Numbered from the stretch's first letter, positions 1 through 12,639 are shown. The stretch is 64,000 nucleotides of DNA from an uncultured Acidimicrobiaceae bacterium (GCA_963834775.1 CAWICR010000009.1:116255-180254), one strand, 5' to 3'. The notes: generated by a model from the sequence alone, not told the origin. Made by a program: numbers and translations.

Positions 1-491
1 GTGCCGTGGACGACGACCAGGCTGACCGGCTGGACGACCTGGCCGCCCGGGCGGATCGGCCCGTGATGGTGTTCGGGCACCACCCACCCGCGGAGGAGCA
101 CCCGCTCCGCTACCACGGCCATACCGTCCTCGCCGCGGGCCTGGGCAATCGGAGCACCCGGCGCCTGGCGGAGGTCTTCGTCCGACGTCCCGCCATCGTC
201 GGCTACTTCGCCGGCCACACTCACCGCAACAAGGTCCGCCATCTCTCCGTCACCGGCGCCTTCCCGTGGGTGGAGGTGGCGTGTGTGAAGGACTTTCCGG
301 GCACCTGGGCCGAGTACCGGGTCTTCGAGGGCGGCATACTCCAGATCCACCGTCGCATCCACAGTGACCCGGCTGCCGTGGCTTGGAGCGAGCAGTGCCG
401 GTCCCTGTACGGCGGCCTTTACCCCGCCTATGCGTGGGGATCAATTCGTGACCGCTGCTTTGAGATCGGGCTACGCGAATCCGGCCGCTGA
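1..491 (+). CDS. metallophosphoesterase (calcineurin-like), C-terminal part; 5' end outside window
   Basis: Frame open to the window edge; translation carries phosphoesterase motifs VFGHHPP and GHTHRN; stop at 489-491. Confidence 0.7.
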   Translation, partial: AVDDDQADRLDDLAARADRPVMVFGHHPPAEEHPLRYHGHTVLAAGLGNRSTRRLAEVFVRRPAIVGYFAGHTHRNKVRHLSVTGAFPWVEVACVKDFPGTWAEYRVFEGGILQIHRRIHSDPAAVAWSEQCRSLYGGLYPAYAWGSIRDRCFEIGLRESGR

Positions 492-500
492 GGGTTTGTA

Positions 501-1673
501 GTGGGTATGGAACCCGACGACATTCCGGTTCATGACCTGCTCGGCGTCGGAGGTGAGCCCGACCCCGGTCCGAACGAGCTGCGGGCCATCGTGGCCCGGG
601 CGGGGCGGAAGCGCTGGGCGACTGCCGGGATCGCGGCCACCCTGGCTCTGGCACTCGGCCTGGGCATCGGCTTTGTGACTGCCGGCCCGTCGACGTCGCC
701 CGCCAATCAGACCGCCACTGGTGCTTCGGCATCGGGCCAGAACCCGCCGAGTAACCAGAACGCCACGGGTAACCCAACGCGTCGAACGGCGGGGGAGGCA
801 ACGCCACCCCCTCAGCTACCTCAGGCGGTGCGACGAGTTCGGGGGCGAGCACGGGCGGGACCTCATCATCGTCCGTGCTTCCCCAACCGATCGCGCCCGA
901 ACGTTTCACGCGCCTATTTACCCGCACCGCCGGCGGTATCACCATCCGGGGCTTTCTGGTGACGTTCCCCCAGATCTTCGGCGTGTCGGCTGCCTGCCAG
1001 ATAGGCACCTCCCACCTCCAGGTCGAGGTGTCCACCCCAGGCATGGTCGGCACCGTGGCGGGCGGGCTGGTTGCCACCGATCGGACCCAACCGATCAGCG
1101 CCTTCTCGTCCCAGGTTGTCGGTACCGCCGAGGGCAACCCCACGGTCGTGGTCACCGCTGCCACCGGGTCGGGTATAGCGAAGATGTCCATGTCGTTCGG
1201 GGGCGGACGCACCGACGCCATGGCACCTGTCGACGGCTGGGTGGCACTGGCCGCCCCAGTGGCTAGCAGTGTTTCGTATGGGTCCAATCTGGGGACGATC
1301 ACGGCGCAGCGATGCCGCCGGGAAGCTTCTCGAGTCACAGCCGCTCCGGCTGGAAGTGCAGTCGAGCACGCCCGCCAGCTCCGGGTGTTCGGTGATGTGT
1401 CCCGACCGGCCGCAGACCGGTGCTGCCCCGAAATCGACAGCCGCGAACTCTGCATCCACCCCGGCTCAGGTGGCCTGCCCGCCGCTGCCGTGCACCTCCA
1501 CGCCGACGGTCACGGTGCCGGCGAACCAAACGCCCTCAACCGGCGGAGCGACCGCCGTCAACCCTGGCGGCGCCATGATCCCTCCCACCGGTACCGGCGC
1601 CGCCTCTCATGCCTGCACCCTGCCCGCCCCAGCTGGCGGTGGTGCATCAGGCTCGAGCGGAGTCTCGCCGTAG
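501..1673 (+). pseudogene. membrane-anchored Ser/Thr/Pro/Ala-rich secreted protein, frame broken twice as sequenced
   Basis: Piece 1 (501-~780) has one TM helix (WATAGIAATLALALGLGIGFV). The protein continues without stop in the frame of ORF 875..1744 from ~782 to ~1308, then in ORF 1269..1673. Third-position GC switches frame at both joints. Confidence 0.45.
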
Positions 1674-1695
1674 GGGGCGGGGCGCAGGAGCCTCG

Positions 1696-2241
1696 GTGCC
1701 ACCATGGAAACAGTGCAGTCCCATCCGCCCCACTCCGACGCTGAGGTGGCCGAGAGCGGCGCCGGCGGCGACCGACTTTGTCGACTGTTACCGGGCGCAC
1801 TATCGGCGGCTGACGCGGGCCTTGCGCTTGAGCGGTGCCGACGCGTCGACTGCGGAGGATATCGCCCAGGAAGCCTTCGCTCGGGCCCTGGTGCACTGGC
1901 GCCGCATCCGCAAGGGCGCCAACCCTCCGGGCTACGTGTACACGGCCGGGTTCCGGTTGCTTCAGCGGTCTCAGCGCCGGACGGGCCCGCCGCTCACGGC
2001 AGCGGTCGTTTCCTTGCCACCCCCGGCTCCGACCGAGTCGGCCGCGCTGACCGTTCTGGCCGTGGAGGCCGCTCTGGCGTCGATGCCCCCTCGCCGGCGA
2101 GTCTCCGCGGTGATGTGCTTGGTCGTGGAGATTCCCGTTTCCGACGCGGCCTCCTCCCTCGGTATCGCGCCGGGCACCGTCAGGAAGCACCTGGACGAGG
2201 CTCGCCGTGATTTCCGGGCCGCCTGGGGGCCGCCCAGCTAG
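1696..2241 (+). CDS. ECF-type RNA polymerase sigma-70 family factor
   Basis: Region 2 (DFVDCYRAHYRRLTRAL, AEDIAQEAFARAL) and region 4 HTH (VSDAASSLGIAPGTVRKHLDEAR). Start placed at GTG 1696, 5 nt after AGGAG 1686-1690; frame is open from 1609. Confidence 0.8.
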   Translation: MPPWKQCSPIRPTPTLRWPRAAPAATDFVDCYRAHYRRLTRALRLSGADASTAEDIAQEAFARALVHWRRIRKGANPPGYVYTAGFRLLQRSQRRTGPPLTAAVVSLPPPAPTESAALTVLAVEAALASMPPRRRVSAVMCLVVEIPVSDAASSLGIAPGTVRKHLDEARRDFRAAWGPPS

Positions 2242-2262
2242 CGTTCGCCATCACCGGCGACC

Positions 2263-4303
2263 TCAGCCGCCATCACCCGCGACTTCAACGGATCGGGCGG
2301 CCAACTCGGCGAGTTCGTCCATGATGCGACCGAGCTCGAAGTCCTTCGGCGTGTACACGGCGGCCACACCCGCCTCGGTCAGGCGGCCGGCGTCCTCGAG
2401 GGGGATGATGCCGCCAACCACAACCGGCACCGCCACGCCCATGGCGCCCAGGCGGTCGAGTACCTGCGCCACCAGGTCCAGGTGGCTGCCGGAAAGGATG
2501 GAAAGACCGACCACGTCGACGTCCTCGTCCCGCGCCACGGCTGCGATCTGTTCGGGCGTCTGCCGGATGCCCTGATAGACCACCTCGAAGCCGGCGTCCC
2601 GAGCCGCCACCGCAATTTGTTCGGCGCCATTGCTGTGGCCGTCCAGCCCCGGTTTGGCTACCAGGAGCCGGGGTGGCCCTCCGTGGTTGGCCACGATCTC
2701 CCGGACCCGGGCGCGCGCCGACGCCAGCCCACCCTGGGGCACCCCCGCAGTCCGCATCGCCATGCCGCGGTGGGTTTCCAGCCCGGTCGGCGCCCGATAT
2801 TCACCCCACACCTGGCGCAGCGCATCCGCCCATTCTCCGGTCGTCCCGCCCGCCTGCGCCAGGGCGATGCTCGGCGGCATCAGGTTGGCGCCGAGATCGC
2901 TGGCCGTGCGGCGCAGATCGTCCAACGCTCGTCGCACCGTGCTGCTGTCCCGCCTGGCCCGCCAGCGTTCCACTTCTTCGATCAGTCGCGCCTCGACCGC
3001 CGGGTCGACGCGCAGGATAGACCCCGTACCGCCCAGCGGGGACGGCTCGGTAGTGATGAAGCGGTTGACGCCCACGACCGGCAGTGCGCCGGATTCGATA
3101 CGCCTGGTCCGGGCCGACTGACTGGCGACCAGCCGGGTCTTCATTTCTCCGATGGCTGCGAAGGCGCCGCCGCGGCTCAGGACGTCGTCGAGCTCGGCCT
3201 GGCCCTCGGCTACCAGCTCCACGGTGCGCGCTTCCACTACGTGGGAGCCGTCGAGAATGTCCGGGTAGTCCAGCAGGTCGGTCTCGTAGGCGAGGACCTG
3301 CTGGATGCGCAGCGACCACTGCTGGTCCCAGGGGCGGGGCAGGCCCAGCGCCTCGTTCCACGCGGGCAGCTGCAGGGACCGGGCCCGGGCCCGCTCGGAC
3401 AGGGTCACGCCGAGGGCTTCGAGGACGATGCGGGGCAGGTTGTTTTCGGGTTGTTGCTCGGTCAGTCCTAGCGAGTTGACTTGGACCCCGTACCGGAAGC
3501 GCCGCAGCTTGGGATCCTCGACTCCCCAACGATCGGCACATAGGCGATCCCACATGGCGGTGAAGGCGCGCATTTTGCAGGCCTCCTCGACGAAGCGGAT
3601 GCCGGCGTTGCAGAAAAACGAGCACGCGTCCCACGACGGCCGGCAGCTCCGCCGGCGCCAGCTGGCCCGAGTCGCGGACGGCGTCGACGACGCCGATGGC
3701 GGTCGCCAGCGCGTAGGCGAGTTCCTGAACGGGCGTGGCGCCGGCCTCCTGGAGGTGGTAGCTGCACACGTTGATGGGGTTCCACCGGGGGGTGTGGCGC
3801 ACCGTCCAGGCGATGGTGTCGACGATCAGGCGCCGGCTCGGCTCAGGCGGAAATATGTAGGTGCCCCGGGAAAGGTATTCCTTGACGATGTCGTTCTGGA
3901 TCGTGCCGGCGAGATGGGAGCGCTCGACGCCGGTGTTGTCGGCCTCGGCGACGTAGAGGGCTAGCAGCCAGGCGGCGGTGGCGTTTATGGTCATGGATGT
4001 GTTCATCCGGCCGAGCGGAATCCCCGCCATGAGCTCCGACATATGGCCGAGGTGGGCCACGGGGACGCCTACCTTGCCGACCTCGCCCTTCGCTTGGGGC
4101 GCGTCGGGGTCGTAACCCGTCTGGGTGGGAAGGTCGAAGGCCACCGACAAACCGCTCTGCCCCTTCCCCATGTTGGTGCGGTACAGCTCGTTGGAGGCAC
4201 GCGCCGTGGAGTGGCCGGAGTAGGTACGCATGACCCAGGGTCGATCGGGTGCGGCCAGCTTGGCGACGTGGAGCGGGGTTTCGGCCACGAGCCATTGTCC
4301 CAC
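2263..4303 (-). pseudogene. meaA: B12-dependent acyl-CoA mutase, MeaA/ethylmalonyl-CoA-mutase-like, one frame break as sequenced
   Basis: ORF 2801..4303 gives the N-terminal barrel (RPWVMRTYSGHST, SVAFDLPTQTGYDPD, GKVGVPV). ORF 2263..3573 gives the rest plus the B12-binding domain (LVAKPGLDGHSNGAEQIA). The join VVGRV/SFFCNAGIRFVEEACKMRAF needs a 1-nt correction near 3620. Confidence 0.85.
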
Positions 4304-4328
4304 CGGACCGGCTCGGGTTCCGGCGGTG

Positions 4329-4428
4329 GTGCGAGCAGGTGCGACCAGGTGCGAGCAGGTACGACCAGGTGCGACCAGGTGCGACCAGGTGCGACCAGCT
4401 GAAAGCAGGTGCGAGCAGCTGTGAGCAG
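4329..4428. repeat. 10-bp tandem repeat, 10 copies, in divergent promoter region
   Basis: Head-to-tail GTGCGA(C/G)CAG units (last three degenerate) between the mutase start (4303, minus) and the peptidase start (4601, plus). Confidence 0.9.
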
Positions 4429-4600
4429 CAATCGAGATCAGCTGTCGAGTTCCTCTGGAGCGGCGGGGCGGCGACAGCTACCATGTCATCCGCAGCGGAG
4501 AAGGGGACCGCCACCCCGGGCTTCACGGCGGGTGCGCCGGGCCATCTGCCGGGTGCACCCGTCCAGCCCTGCGTCGGCATGCCGCTACGGTGAGCGACCG

Positions 4601-5311
4601 ATGAGCACAGACGAACCCGTGGTGGCCGACGTTGTCGGCCACCAACCGGGTCCCCTGGCGCTGGTGGGCGGCGCCGAATGGAGTCCCGGGTGCACTTTCG
4701 ACGCCGAGCTGTGGGAGGCTAACGGACGGCCCGAGGTCGTTGTCCTGCCTACCGCCGCCGCCTACGAGCATCCCGAGCGGGCGGTCGACACGGCCTCCAG
4801 GTGGTTTGCCACCTTCGGCGCTACCGTCCGCGGTCTGATGGTGCTCGGCCGCCGGGATGCCGAGAACGACTCGTTCGCCCAGCAGGTCCGCCAGGCTCGC
4901 TTTCTCTATCTCGGTGGCGGCTCGCCCCTGCACCTGCGCTCTGTGCTCAAAGACAGCCTCCTCTGGTCCGCCCTGGTCGACGCCTGGAGCCAGGGCGCCG
5001 TGATCGCCGGCTCATCTGCGGGGGCCATGGTGCTCGGCGACCCCATGGTCGACCCCCGAGGCGGCGCCCTCACCCTGGGTTTGGGGTTGGTCGCCCATCT
5101 GGCCGTGCTGCCGCACTACGACACCTGGTCCCCTGAGAAAGCGCACCGCACCGTCCAGTTGGCCACCGGGCATCTCCGCATCGCCGCGGTGGACGAGCGC
5201 ACCGCCTTGATCCGCGATCCGGATGGTGGATGGCGGGGGGCGGGCGCTGGGGCCGTCACTGTCTATGTCGACGGCAAGCCGGCCGGGCTGGAGCTGCTGT
5301 CGTCCAGGTAG
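4601..5311 (+). CDS. peptidase S51 / cyanophycinase-peptidase E family (type 1 glutamine amidotransferase-like) protein
   Basis: ATG 4601 inside ORF 4409..5311; LYLGGGSP and IAGSSAGAMVLG motifs typical of this fold. Confidence 0.7.
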   Translation: MSTDEPVVADVVGHQPGPLALVGGAEWSPGCTFDAELWEANGRPEVVVLPTAAAYEHPERAVDTASRWFATFGATVRGLMVLGRRDAENDSFAQQVRQARFLYLGGGSPLHLRSVLKDSLLWSALVDAWSQGAVIAGSSAGAMVLGDPMVDPRGGALTLGLGLVAHLAVLPHYDTWSPEKAHRTVQLATGHLRIAAVDERTALIRDPDGGWRGAGAGAVTVYVDGKPAGLELLSSR

Positions 5312-5393
5312 CCCTCCGGTCCAGGCAGCCGAGGTGCCAGGTAGCCCTTCTGCCCAGGCAGCCGAGGTGCCAGACAGCCCGGGTGCCCGGGCG
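5304..5393. repeat. 33-bp tandem repeat, 2.7 copies
   Basis: CCAGGTAGCCCTCCGGTCCAGGCAGCCGAGGTG twice plus a 24-bp partial copy; begins 5 nt before the TAG stop (5309-5311); lies between convergent genes. Confidence 0.9.
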
Positions 5394-5434
5394 TTTTCAG
5401 GCAGTCAGTGCGTGGGTCGGGCGTGGGGCCCGCG

Positions 5435-5989
5435 TCAGTCGGCCTCGGCGACGGTAACCGACTCGATCGTGACCGTCTCCGTTGGCGTACCCGACGAGGT
5501 GCCCACGGCATCGATCGCAGACACCACCTCCAGGCCGGCCACGACCTTCCCGAACAGGGAGTATTGGGGCGGCAGGCGGACCCCGGACGGCCCGCTGATC
5601 ACGAAGAACTGACTCCCGTTCGTGTGCGGTCCGGCATTTGCCATCGCCAGCGAACCCAGCTCGTAGCGACCGGCCGCCGGCAGCTCGTCGGCAAAGCGGT
5701 AGCCCGGACCGCCCCGCCCCGAGCCGGTCGGATCGCCGCCCTGGAGCACGAAGCCGGGGATGATGCGATGAAAGACGATCCCGTCGAAGTAGTGGTACCG
5801 GGCCAGGAAGACGAAGTTGTTGACCGTCTGGGGGGCGGCCGCCGGATCAAGGGCGATGGTGAGCGTCCCCATCGAGGTGATCATGGTCGCCGTGTACCGC
5901 TTGTTGACATCGATGCACATGGGGGGCGGACCGTCGAACTCCTGTTGCTTGGGGCTCGAGCCGTCCGCGGCGGGGCAGGGCGTGGTCAT
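5435..5989 (-). CDS. peptidylprolyl isomerase, cyclophilin type
   Basis: FHRIIPGFVLQGGDPTGSGRGGPGY and GSLAMANAGPHTNGSQFF cyclophilin signatures. Confidence 0.9.
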   Translation of the reverse strand: MTTPCPAADGSSPKQQEFDGPPPMCIDVNKRYTATMITSMGTLTIALDPAAAPQTVNNFVFLARYHYFDGIVFHRIIPGFVLQGGDPTGSGRGGPGYRFADELPAAGRYELGSLAMANAGPHTNGSQFFVISGPSGVRLPPQYSLFGKVVAGLEVVSAIDAVGTSSGTPTETVTIESVTVAEAD

Positions 5990-6026
5990 AGTGTAAAGCT
6001 CCTATCGAGTGTCGAGCGCGACACGC

Positions 6027-6986
6027 TCAGGTCTCGGCGATGGTCACCTTGACAATCTTGTGGTACTTCGTTGGCGTCCCGGACTGGGTGCCATCCTTGT
6101 TGATCATCTCCACTACAGGAAGCCCGGATGTCACCTGACCGAACACGCTGTACAAGGGCTGCAGTCCGGAACCGCCACCCGGTACCACGAAGAAGAACTG
6201 GCTGCCGTTGGTGTTCGGTCCGCTGTTGGCCATGGCTAACGAACCTGGGCCGTAGGCCGCATTGCTCGATGGCAACTCGTCCTTGAACATGTAGCCAGGA
6301 CCGCCGCTGCCCGTTCCCGTAGGATCACCACCCTGGACCACGAAGCCGGGAATTACCCGCTGGAAGATGATCCCGTCGTAGAAGTGATAGCCGGCCAGGA
6401 AAATGAAGTTGTTGACTGTGACCGGGGCGTCCTTGGGCAGCATCTTGATGGTGACCGGACCGATGTCGGTCACGAGAGTGACCGTGTAGGTCTTGGACGC
6501 GTCGATGCAGAAGGGCGGCGGGCCCGAGAACTTCGTGTAGCGCGGCGATGACCCATCAAGTTTCGGAAACGGGACATGCGCGGGGGCTGGCACGATAGAG
6601 ACGGCGTGTCCGGACGCTGCCACGGCCCCGGACCCGGCCGTACCCCCAGCGGGCGTATTGCAGGAGGCGCTCAGCGCCGGCGCGGGATGGGCCAGCAGAC
6701 CGGGACCCGTGCCAGGAGCCAGCGTGGTGCTGGCTCCCGCCGCGGTGGTTGCGGTGCCTGCGGCCGTGGTCGACGTGGCGGCCGAAGTCGTTGAGGTCCC
6801 CGTCGTCACCTTCTTGGACGAGCCGCCCGAGCTGGTAACGATGGCCAGCACGACCGCCAGGACCACCGCGCCGATCACGACAGGAAGCACCCGAGTCCGG
6901 CGCCGGCGGCGCTTTTGCGCTTGCTGCAGCTCGGCCATGCGGGCCTGGCGTCCGGCGCGCTGGCGGCTTCTCTTCTCTGACGGCAC
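6027..6986 (-). CDS. membrane-anchored cyclophilin-type peptidylprolyl isomerase
   Basis: Basic N-terminus, TM helix VLPVVIGAVVLAVVLAIV, Ser/Thr/Ala linker, then FQRVIPGFVVQGGDPTGTGSGGPGY and NTNGSQFFF. Start GTG 6986 chosen; ATG 7040 or 6938 also possible. Confidence 0.8.
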   Translation of the reverse strand: MPSEKRSRQRAGRQARMAELQQAQKRRRRRTRVLPVVIGAVVLAVVLAIVTSSGGSSKKVTTGTSTTSAATSTTAAGTATTAAGASTTLAPGTGPGLLAHPAPALSASCNTPAGGTAGSGAVAASGHAVSIVPAPAHVPFPKLDGSSPRYTKFSGPPPFCIDASKTYTVTLVTDIGPVTIKMLPKDAPVTVNNFIFLAGYHFYDGIIFQRVIPGFVVQGGDPTGTGSGGPGYMFKDELPSSNAAYGPGSLAMANSGPNTNGSQFFFVVPGGGSGLQPLYSVFGQVTSGLPVVEMINKDGTQSGTPTKYHKIVKVTIAET

Positions 6987-7065
6987 GGCGAACCACGGTA
7001 GCCGCCGCCTGGCGGGTCGAGAAGGCGCCTGGACTGCCATCACCCCACTGGTAGCCTCAGGGGGC

Positions 7066-9310
<2,245 letters not shown>

Positions 9311-9439
9311 CCACGCGGCGCGTCATAGCGGTTCACCAGCCAGCGCAGGCCAACTGCCCACGGAGCCCACCAGCCCATGGAGGCGACCAGCCCATGGACG
9401 ACCGTCCGCCCGGCAGGCGACTCGCCTAGCCTGCCCGCC

Positions 9440-10216
9440 ATGGACATCACGGGATCCTCAGCCATCGTGACCGGAGGCGCGTCCGGGCTGGGCGAAGCGA
9501 CAGTGCGGCTCCTCGCCGAGCGCGGCGCCCGGGTGGTGGTGCTCGACATGAGCGACGCGGCCGGCGAGAAACTCGCCATGGAAGTGGGAGGTGTGTTCGT
9601 CCACGCGGATGTGACGAATACCGAGCAGGTCATCGCGGCCGTCGAAGCGGGCAAGGAGCTCGCACCCCTGCGGATCCTCATCAACTGCGCCGGCATCGGC
9701 TGGGCGTCGCGCACCATCGGCCGCGATGGAACCTACGCGTCGGCGCACAACCTCGACGCCTTTACCAGGGTCATCGCCATCAATTTGATTGGCACGTTCA
9801 ACTGCGTGCGCCTGGCCGCCTCGGCGATGAGCCAGACCGAACCGCTGGCCGACGGTGAGCGCGGCGCCATTGTCAACACCGCCTCGCTCGCCGCCTTCGA
9901 CGGGCAGATCGGTCAGGCCGCCTATTCGGCCTCCAAGGGAGGTGTCGTGGGCTTGACCCTGCCGCTCGCCCGGGATCTCGCCGTCATCGGCGTACGGGTC
10001 AATACCGTCGCTCCGGGCCTGATCGATACGCCGATCTACGGGACCGGCGAGGCGTCGGAGGCGTTCAAGGAGAAGCTCAAACGAGACGTTGTCTTTCCCG
10101 ACCGGTTGGGTTACCCGGCCGAGTTCGCCAGCCTGGTCCTCGAGCTGGTGACCAACACCTACATGAACGGCGAGACCATTCGCATCGACGCCGCCACCCG
10201 CCTGCAGCCGAAATAG
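9440..10216 (+). CDS. SDR family oxidoreductase, 3-hydroxyacyl-CoA dehydrogenase-like
   Basis: ATG 9440; cofactor motif VTGGASGLG and catalytic YSASKGGV. Confidence 0.85.
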   Translation: MDITGSSAIVTGGASGLGEATVRLLAERGARVVVLDMSDAAGEKLAMEVGGVFVHADVTNTEQVIAAVEAGKELAPLRILINCAGIGWASRTIGRDGTYASAHNLDAFTRVIAINLIGTFNCVRLAASAMSQTEPLADGERGAIVNTASLAAFDGQIGQAAYSASKGGVVGLTLPLARDLAVIGVRVNTVAPGLIDTPIYGTGEASEAFKEKLKRDVVFPDRLGYPAEFASLVLELVTNTYMNGETIRIDAATRLQPK

Positions 10217-10226
10217 GAGACTGGCG

Positions 10227-10994
10227 GTGCCCATCATCGACTACGCCGCAGAGAAGCATCGGGTCGTCATCACCATCAACAGGCCCGAGGCCCGCAACGC
10301 CATCAGCGCCGAGGTCGCCGTGAAGATCGAGGAGGCCATCGACCGTTTCGAAGCCGACGAGGCCCTGTGGGTTGGCATCCTGACCGGCGTGCCGCCGGTG
10401 TTTTCGGCCGGGGCCGACCTCAAGGAGATCAACGCCGGTCGGGTCGCCGATCTCAGCACCAGACGGGGCGGCTTTGCGGGGATCACCCGCCGAGAACGGA
10501 CCAAACCGCTCATTGCCGCCGTCGACGGCCCCGCCCTGGCCGGTGGCACCGAGATCGCCCTGGCCTGCGACCTCATCGTGGCGTCGACCAACGCCCGCTT
10601 CGGCATCCCCGAAGTCAAGCGCAGCCTGGTCGCCGCGGCTGGCGGGCTGTTCCGGCTGCCACGAAAGCTGCCGTTCAACGTGGCTATGGAGCTCACCCTC
10701 ACGGGTGACCCTCTCGACGCTGACCGCGCCTACCATTTCGGTCTCGTCAACGCGCTCTGCGAGCCGGGCCAGGCCCTGTCAAAAGCCCGGGAGCTGGCCG
10801 GCCGGATCGAAGCCAACGCCCCAGTGGCGGTACACGCCTCGCGTCAGGTCGTCCTGTCGGCCATGACTGAGGACGAGGCAACCGGATGGCGCTTGTCGGG
10901 TGAGGCCATGGCCCGGGCCATGGGCAGCGAGGACCTCAAAGAGGGCCTGGTTGCCTTTATCGAGAAGCGCCCTCCGGTGTGGACCGGGCGCTGA
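10227..10994 (+). CDS. enoyl-CoA hydratase/isomerase (crotonase) family protein
   Basis: ITINRPEARNA, FSAGADLKE, ALAGGTEIALACD crotonase motifs. Confidence 0.9.
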   Translation: MPIIDYAAEKHRVVITINRPEARNAISAEVAVKIEEAIDRFEADEALWVGILTGVPPVFSAGADLKEINAGRVADLSTRRGGFAGITRRERTKPLIAAVDGPALAGGTEIALACDLIVASTNARFGIPEVKRSLVAAAGGLFRLPRKLPFNVAMELTLTGDPLDADRAYHFGLVNALCEPGQALSKARELAGRIEANAPVAVHASRQVVLSAMTEDEATGWRLSGEAMARAMGSEDLKEGLVAFIEKRPPVWTGR

Positions 10995-10995
10995 G

Positions 10996-11811
10996 ATGGC
11001 AGCCGACAACTCCGCCAACGGTCTGACTTCTCAGCTCGACGAGGTGTGGTCGTCTTTCGCCCAACTCGGCGCCAGCCTGACCGACAAGGATTGGGCGCTT
11101 CCTACCTCCTGTCCGGGCTGGCCCGTGGCTGCCCACTACGCCCACGTCGTCGGCACCGAGTCCACCTTGCTCGGCCGGCCCAGCCCCCAAATCGACCCGG
11201 GTCGCCCCGGTCACGTCCGCAATGACACCGGCGGCTTCAACGAGGTGTGGGTCGCGGCCCTGGCCGAGGTGCCTCGTGGCGAGGTGCTGGCCCGCTTGGC
11301 GGAGGTCACCGGTGCCCGTCGCCAGGCGCTCGCCCGCCTGGACGAGAGCGATTTTTCCGCTCTGACACAGACACCGGTCGGACCCGCGGACTACCGGCGC
11401 TTCATGCAGATCCGGGTGTTCGACTGCTGGGTCCACGAGCAGGACGTCCGGGTCGCGGTCGGCCGCCCCGGCCATGACACTGGACCGGTGGTGGAGCAGG
11501 TCATCGACGAGATCGCCCGGGCGCTCGGTTTCATCGTCGGAAAGAAGGCCGCTGTGCCCGACGGAGCCAGCGTGACCTTCGAGCTGACCGGACCCCTGAC
11601 CAGGAACCTGCACGTGGTGGTCGACGGACGGGCGCGCCCGGTCGAGCACCTCCCTGCTCCAGCGACGGCCACCGTCACACTCGGGTCCGGGCTGTTCGCC
11701 CGGCTGGCCTGCGGCCGGGTCGATCCCGCCGCGGTCGTAGGAGACGTTCGCCTGACGGGGGACGCCGAGCTCGGTCAACGCCTCCTCACCAGCCTGCCGT
11801 ACACGATCTAG
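10996..11811 (+). CDS. DinB / mycothiol-dependent maleylpyruvate isomerase N-terminal domain protein
   Basis: ATG 10996, 1 nt after the upstream stop; WALPTSCPGWPVAAHYAHVVGTES typical of this actinobacterial family. Confidence 0.6.
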   Translation: MAADNSANGLTSQLDEVWSSFAQLGASLTDKDWALPTSCPGWPVAAHYAHVVGTESTLLGRPSPQIDPGRPGHVRNDTGGFNEVWVAALAEVPRGEVLARLAEVTGARRQALARLDESDFSALTQTPVGPADYRRFMQIRVFDCWVHEQDVRVAVGRPGHDTGPVVEQVIDEIARALGFIVGKKAAVPDGASVTFELTGPLTRNLHVVVDGRARPVEHLPAPATATVTLGSGLFARLACGRVDPAAVVGDVRLTGDAELGQRLLTSLPYTI

Positions 11812-12599
11812 CGCATCCCGCGCTGGGCGGCGATCAACTGATCGGCGACGCCGCGGCCCAGGCGGGCCTGGACGGAGGCGGACAGGCGCGGTGTCAGGGC
11901 GCCGATAAAGGCGCCCGCCCGCAGCGCCACCGGCGCCACGACGACCTCGGCTTTGTTGTGGCGAATGGCCCTGACCGCGCCGGCCGCCACCGCCGCCGGG
12001 CTGACGGTACCCAGTCCCCACGGCAGGGTCGCTCCCGAGTTGGCGAACATACCGGCCTGGCGCACGAAGCCCGGAAAGAGCAGGGACACCCCGACGCCGG
12101 TGCCCAGCAGGTCGGCGCGCAGCCCGCCGGCGAAGCCGCGCAAGCCGTACTTGGTGCTCGAGTACAGCGACGCACCCAACGACGCCACCCGACCCGACAT
12201 CGATGACACGTACAGAAAGTGACCGGAGCGGCGAGCCCGGAACTCGGGCAACAAGGCCCGAGTCATGACGATGGGACTCGCCAGGTTGACCTCCAGCACG
12301 CGATCGATCTGGCCCGGCTCCCATTCCGCCAGGTCCCCCGAGCCGGGCAGGGCGGCGTTGGCCACGAACACATCCAGGTCGCCCGCCTCGTCGAGGATGC
12401 GGCCGAGCTGGGCGCGCTCGGCCAGATCCCCCACGATGGCCTGCCCGGACACCTCGGCCGCCACCATCTCCACCGCCTGGCGCCGCCGGCCGGTGATGAC
12501 CAGTTCGGCGCCCTCTGCCCGCAGGGCCACGGCGATGGCCCGCCCCAGGCCGCCGCTGCCTCCGGTCACCAGCACCCGGGCCCCCCGCAGTTCGGTCAC
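11808..12599 (-). CDS. SDR family oxidoreductase
   Basis: VLVTGGSGGLGRA and YSSTKYGLRG. Start set at GTG 12599 so the AT-rich palindrome upstream stays intergenic; ORF is open to 12683. Confidence 0.8.
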   Translation of the reverse strand: MTELRGARVLVTGGSGGLGRAIAVALRAEGAELVITGRRRQAVEMVAAEVSGQAIVGDLAERAQLGRILDEAGDLDVFVANAALPGSGDLAEWEPGQIDRVLEVNLASPIVMTRALLPEFRARRSGHFLYVSSMSGRVASLGASLYSSTKYGLRGFAGGLRADLLGTGVGVSLLFPGFVRQAGMFANSGATLPWGLGTVSPAAVAAGAVRAIRHNKAEVVVAPVALRAGAFIGALTPRLSASVQARLGRGVADQLIAAQRGMR

Positions 12600-12639
12600 G
12601 GTGCCGACGTTAGGCGGACCGGCTACCGCTACTCCCAAC

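Noticed and set aside
250-1455. Very long ORFs antisense to or overlapping annotated genes. Examples are 250..1455(-), 7057..8121(-), 10957..12324(-), 27657..28931(-), 35461..37611(+), 39718..40818(-), 25430-26030 region(-).
   Set aside because: Their translations are Arg/Pro/Gly-rich and motif-free, while the opposite or alternative frame carries clear family motifs and the high third-position GC. These are typical shadow ORFs of high-GC DNA.
3600-3640. Programmed ribosomal frameshifting as an explanation for the frame breaks (here and at the other joints).
   Set aside because: No slippery heptamer or downstream structure is seen at the joints examined. The breaks occur in unrelated housekeeping genes, and at least two lie in plain G homopolymers.
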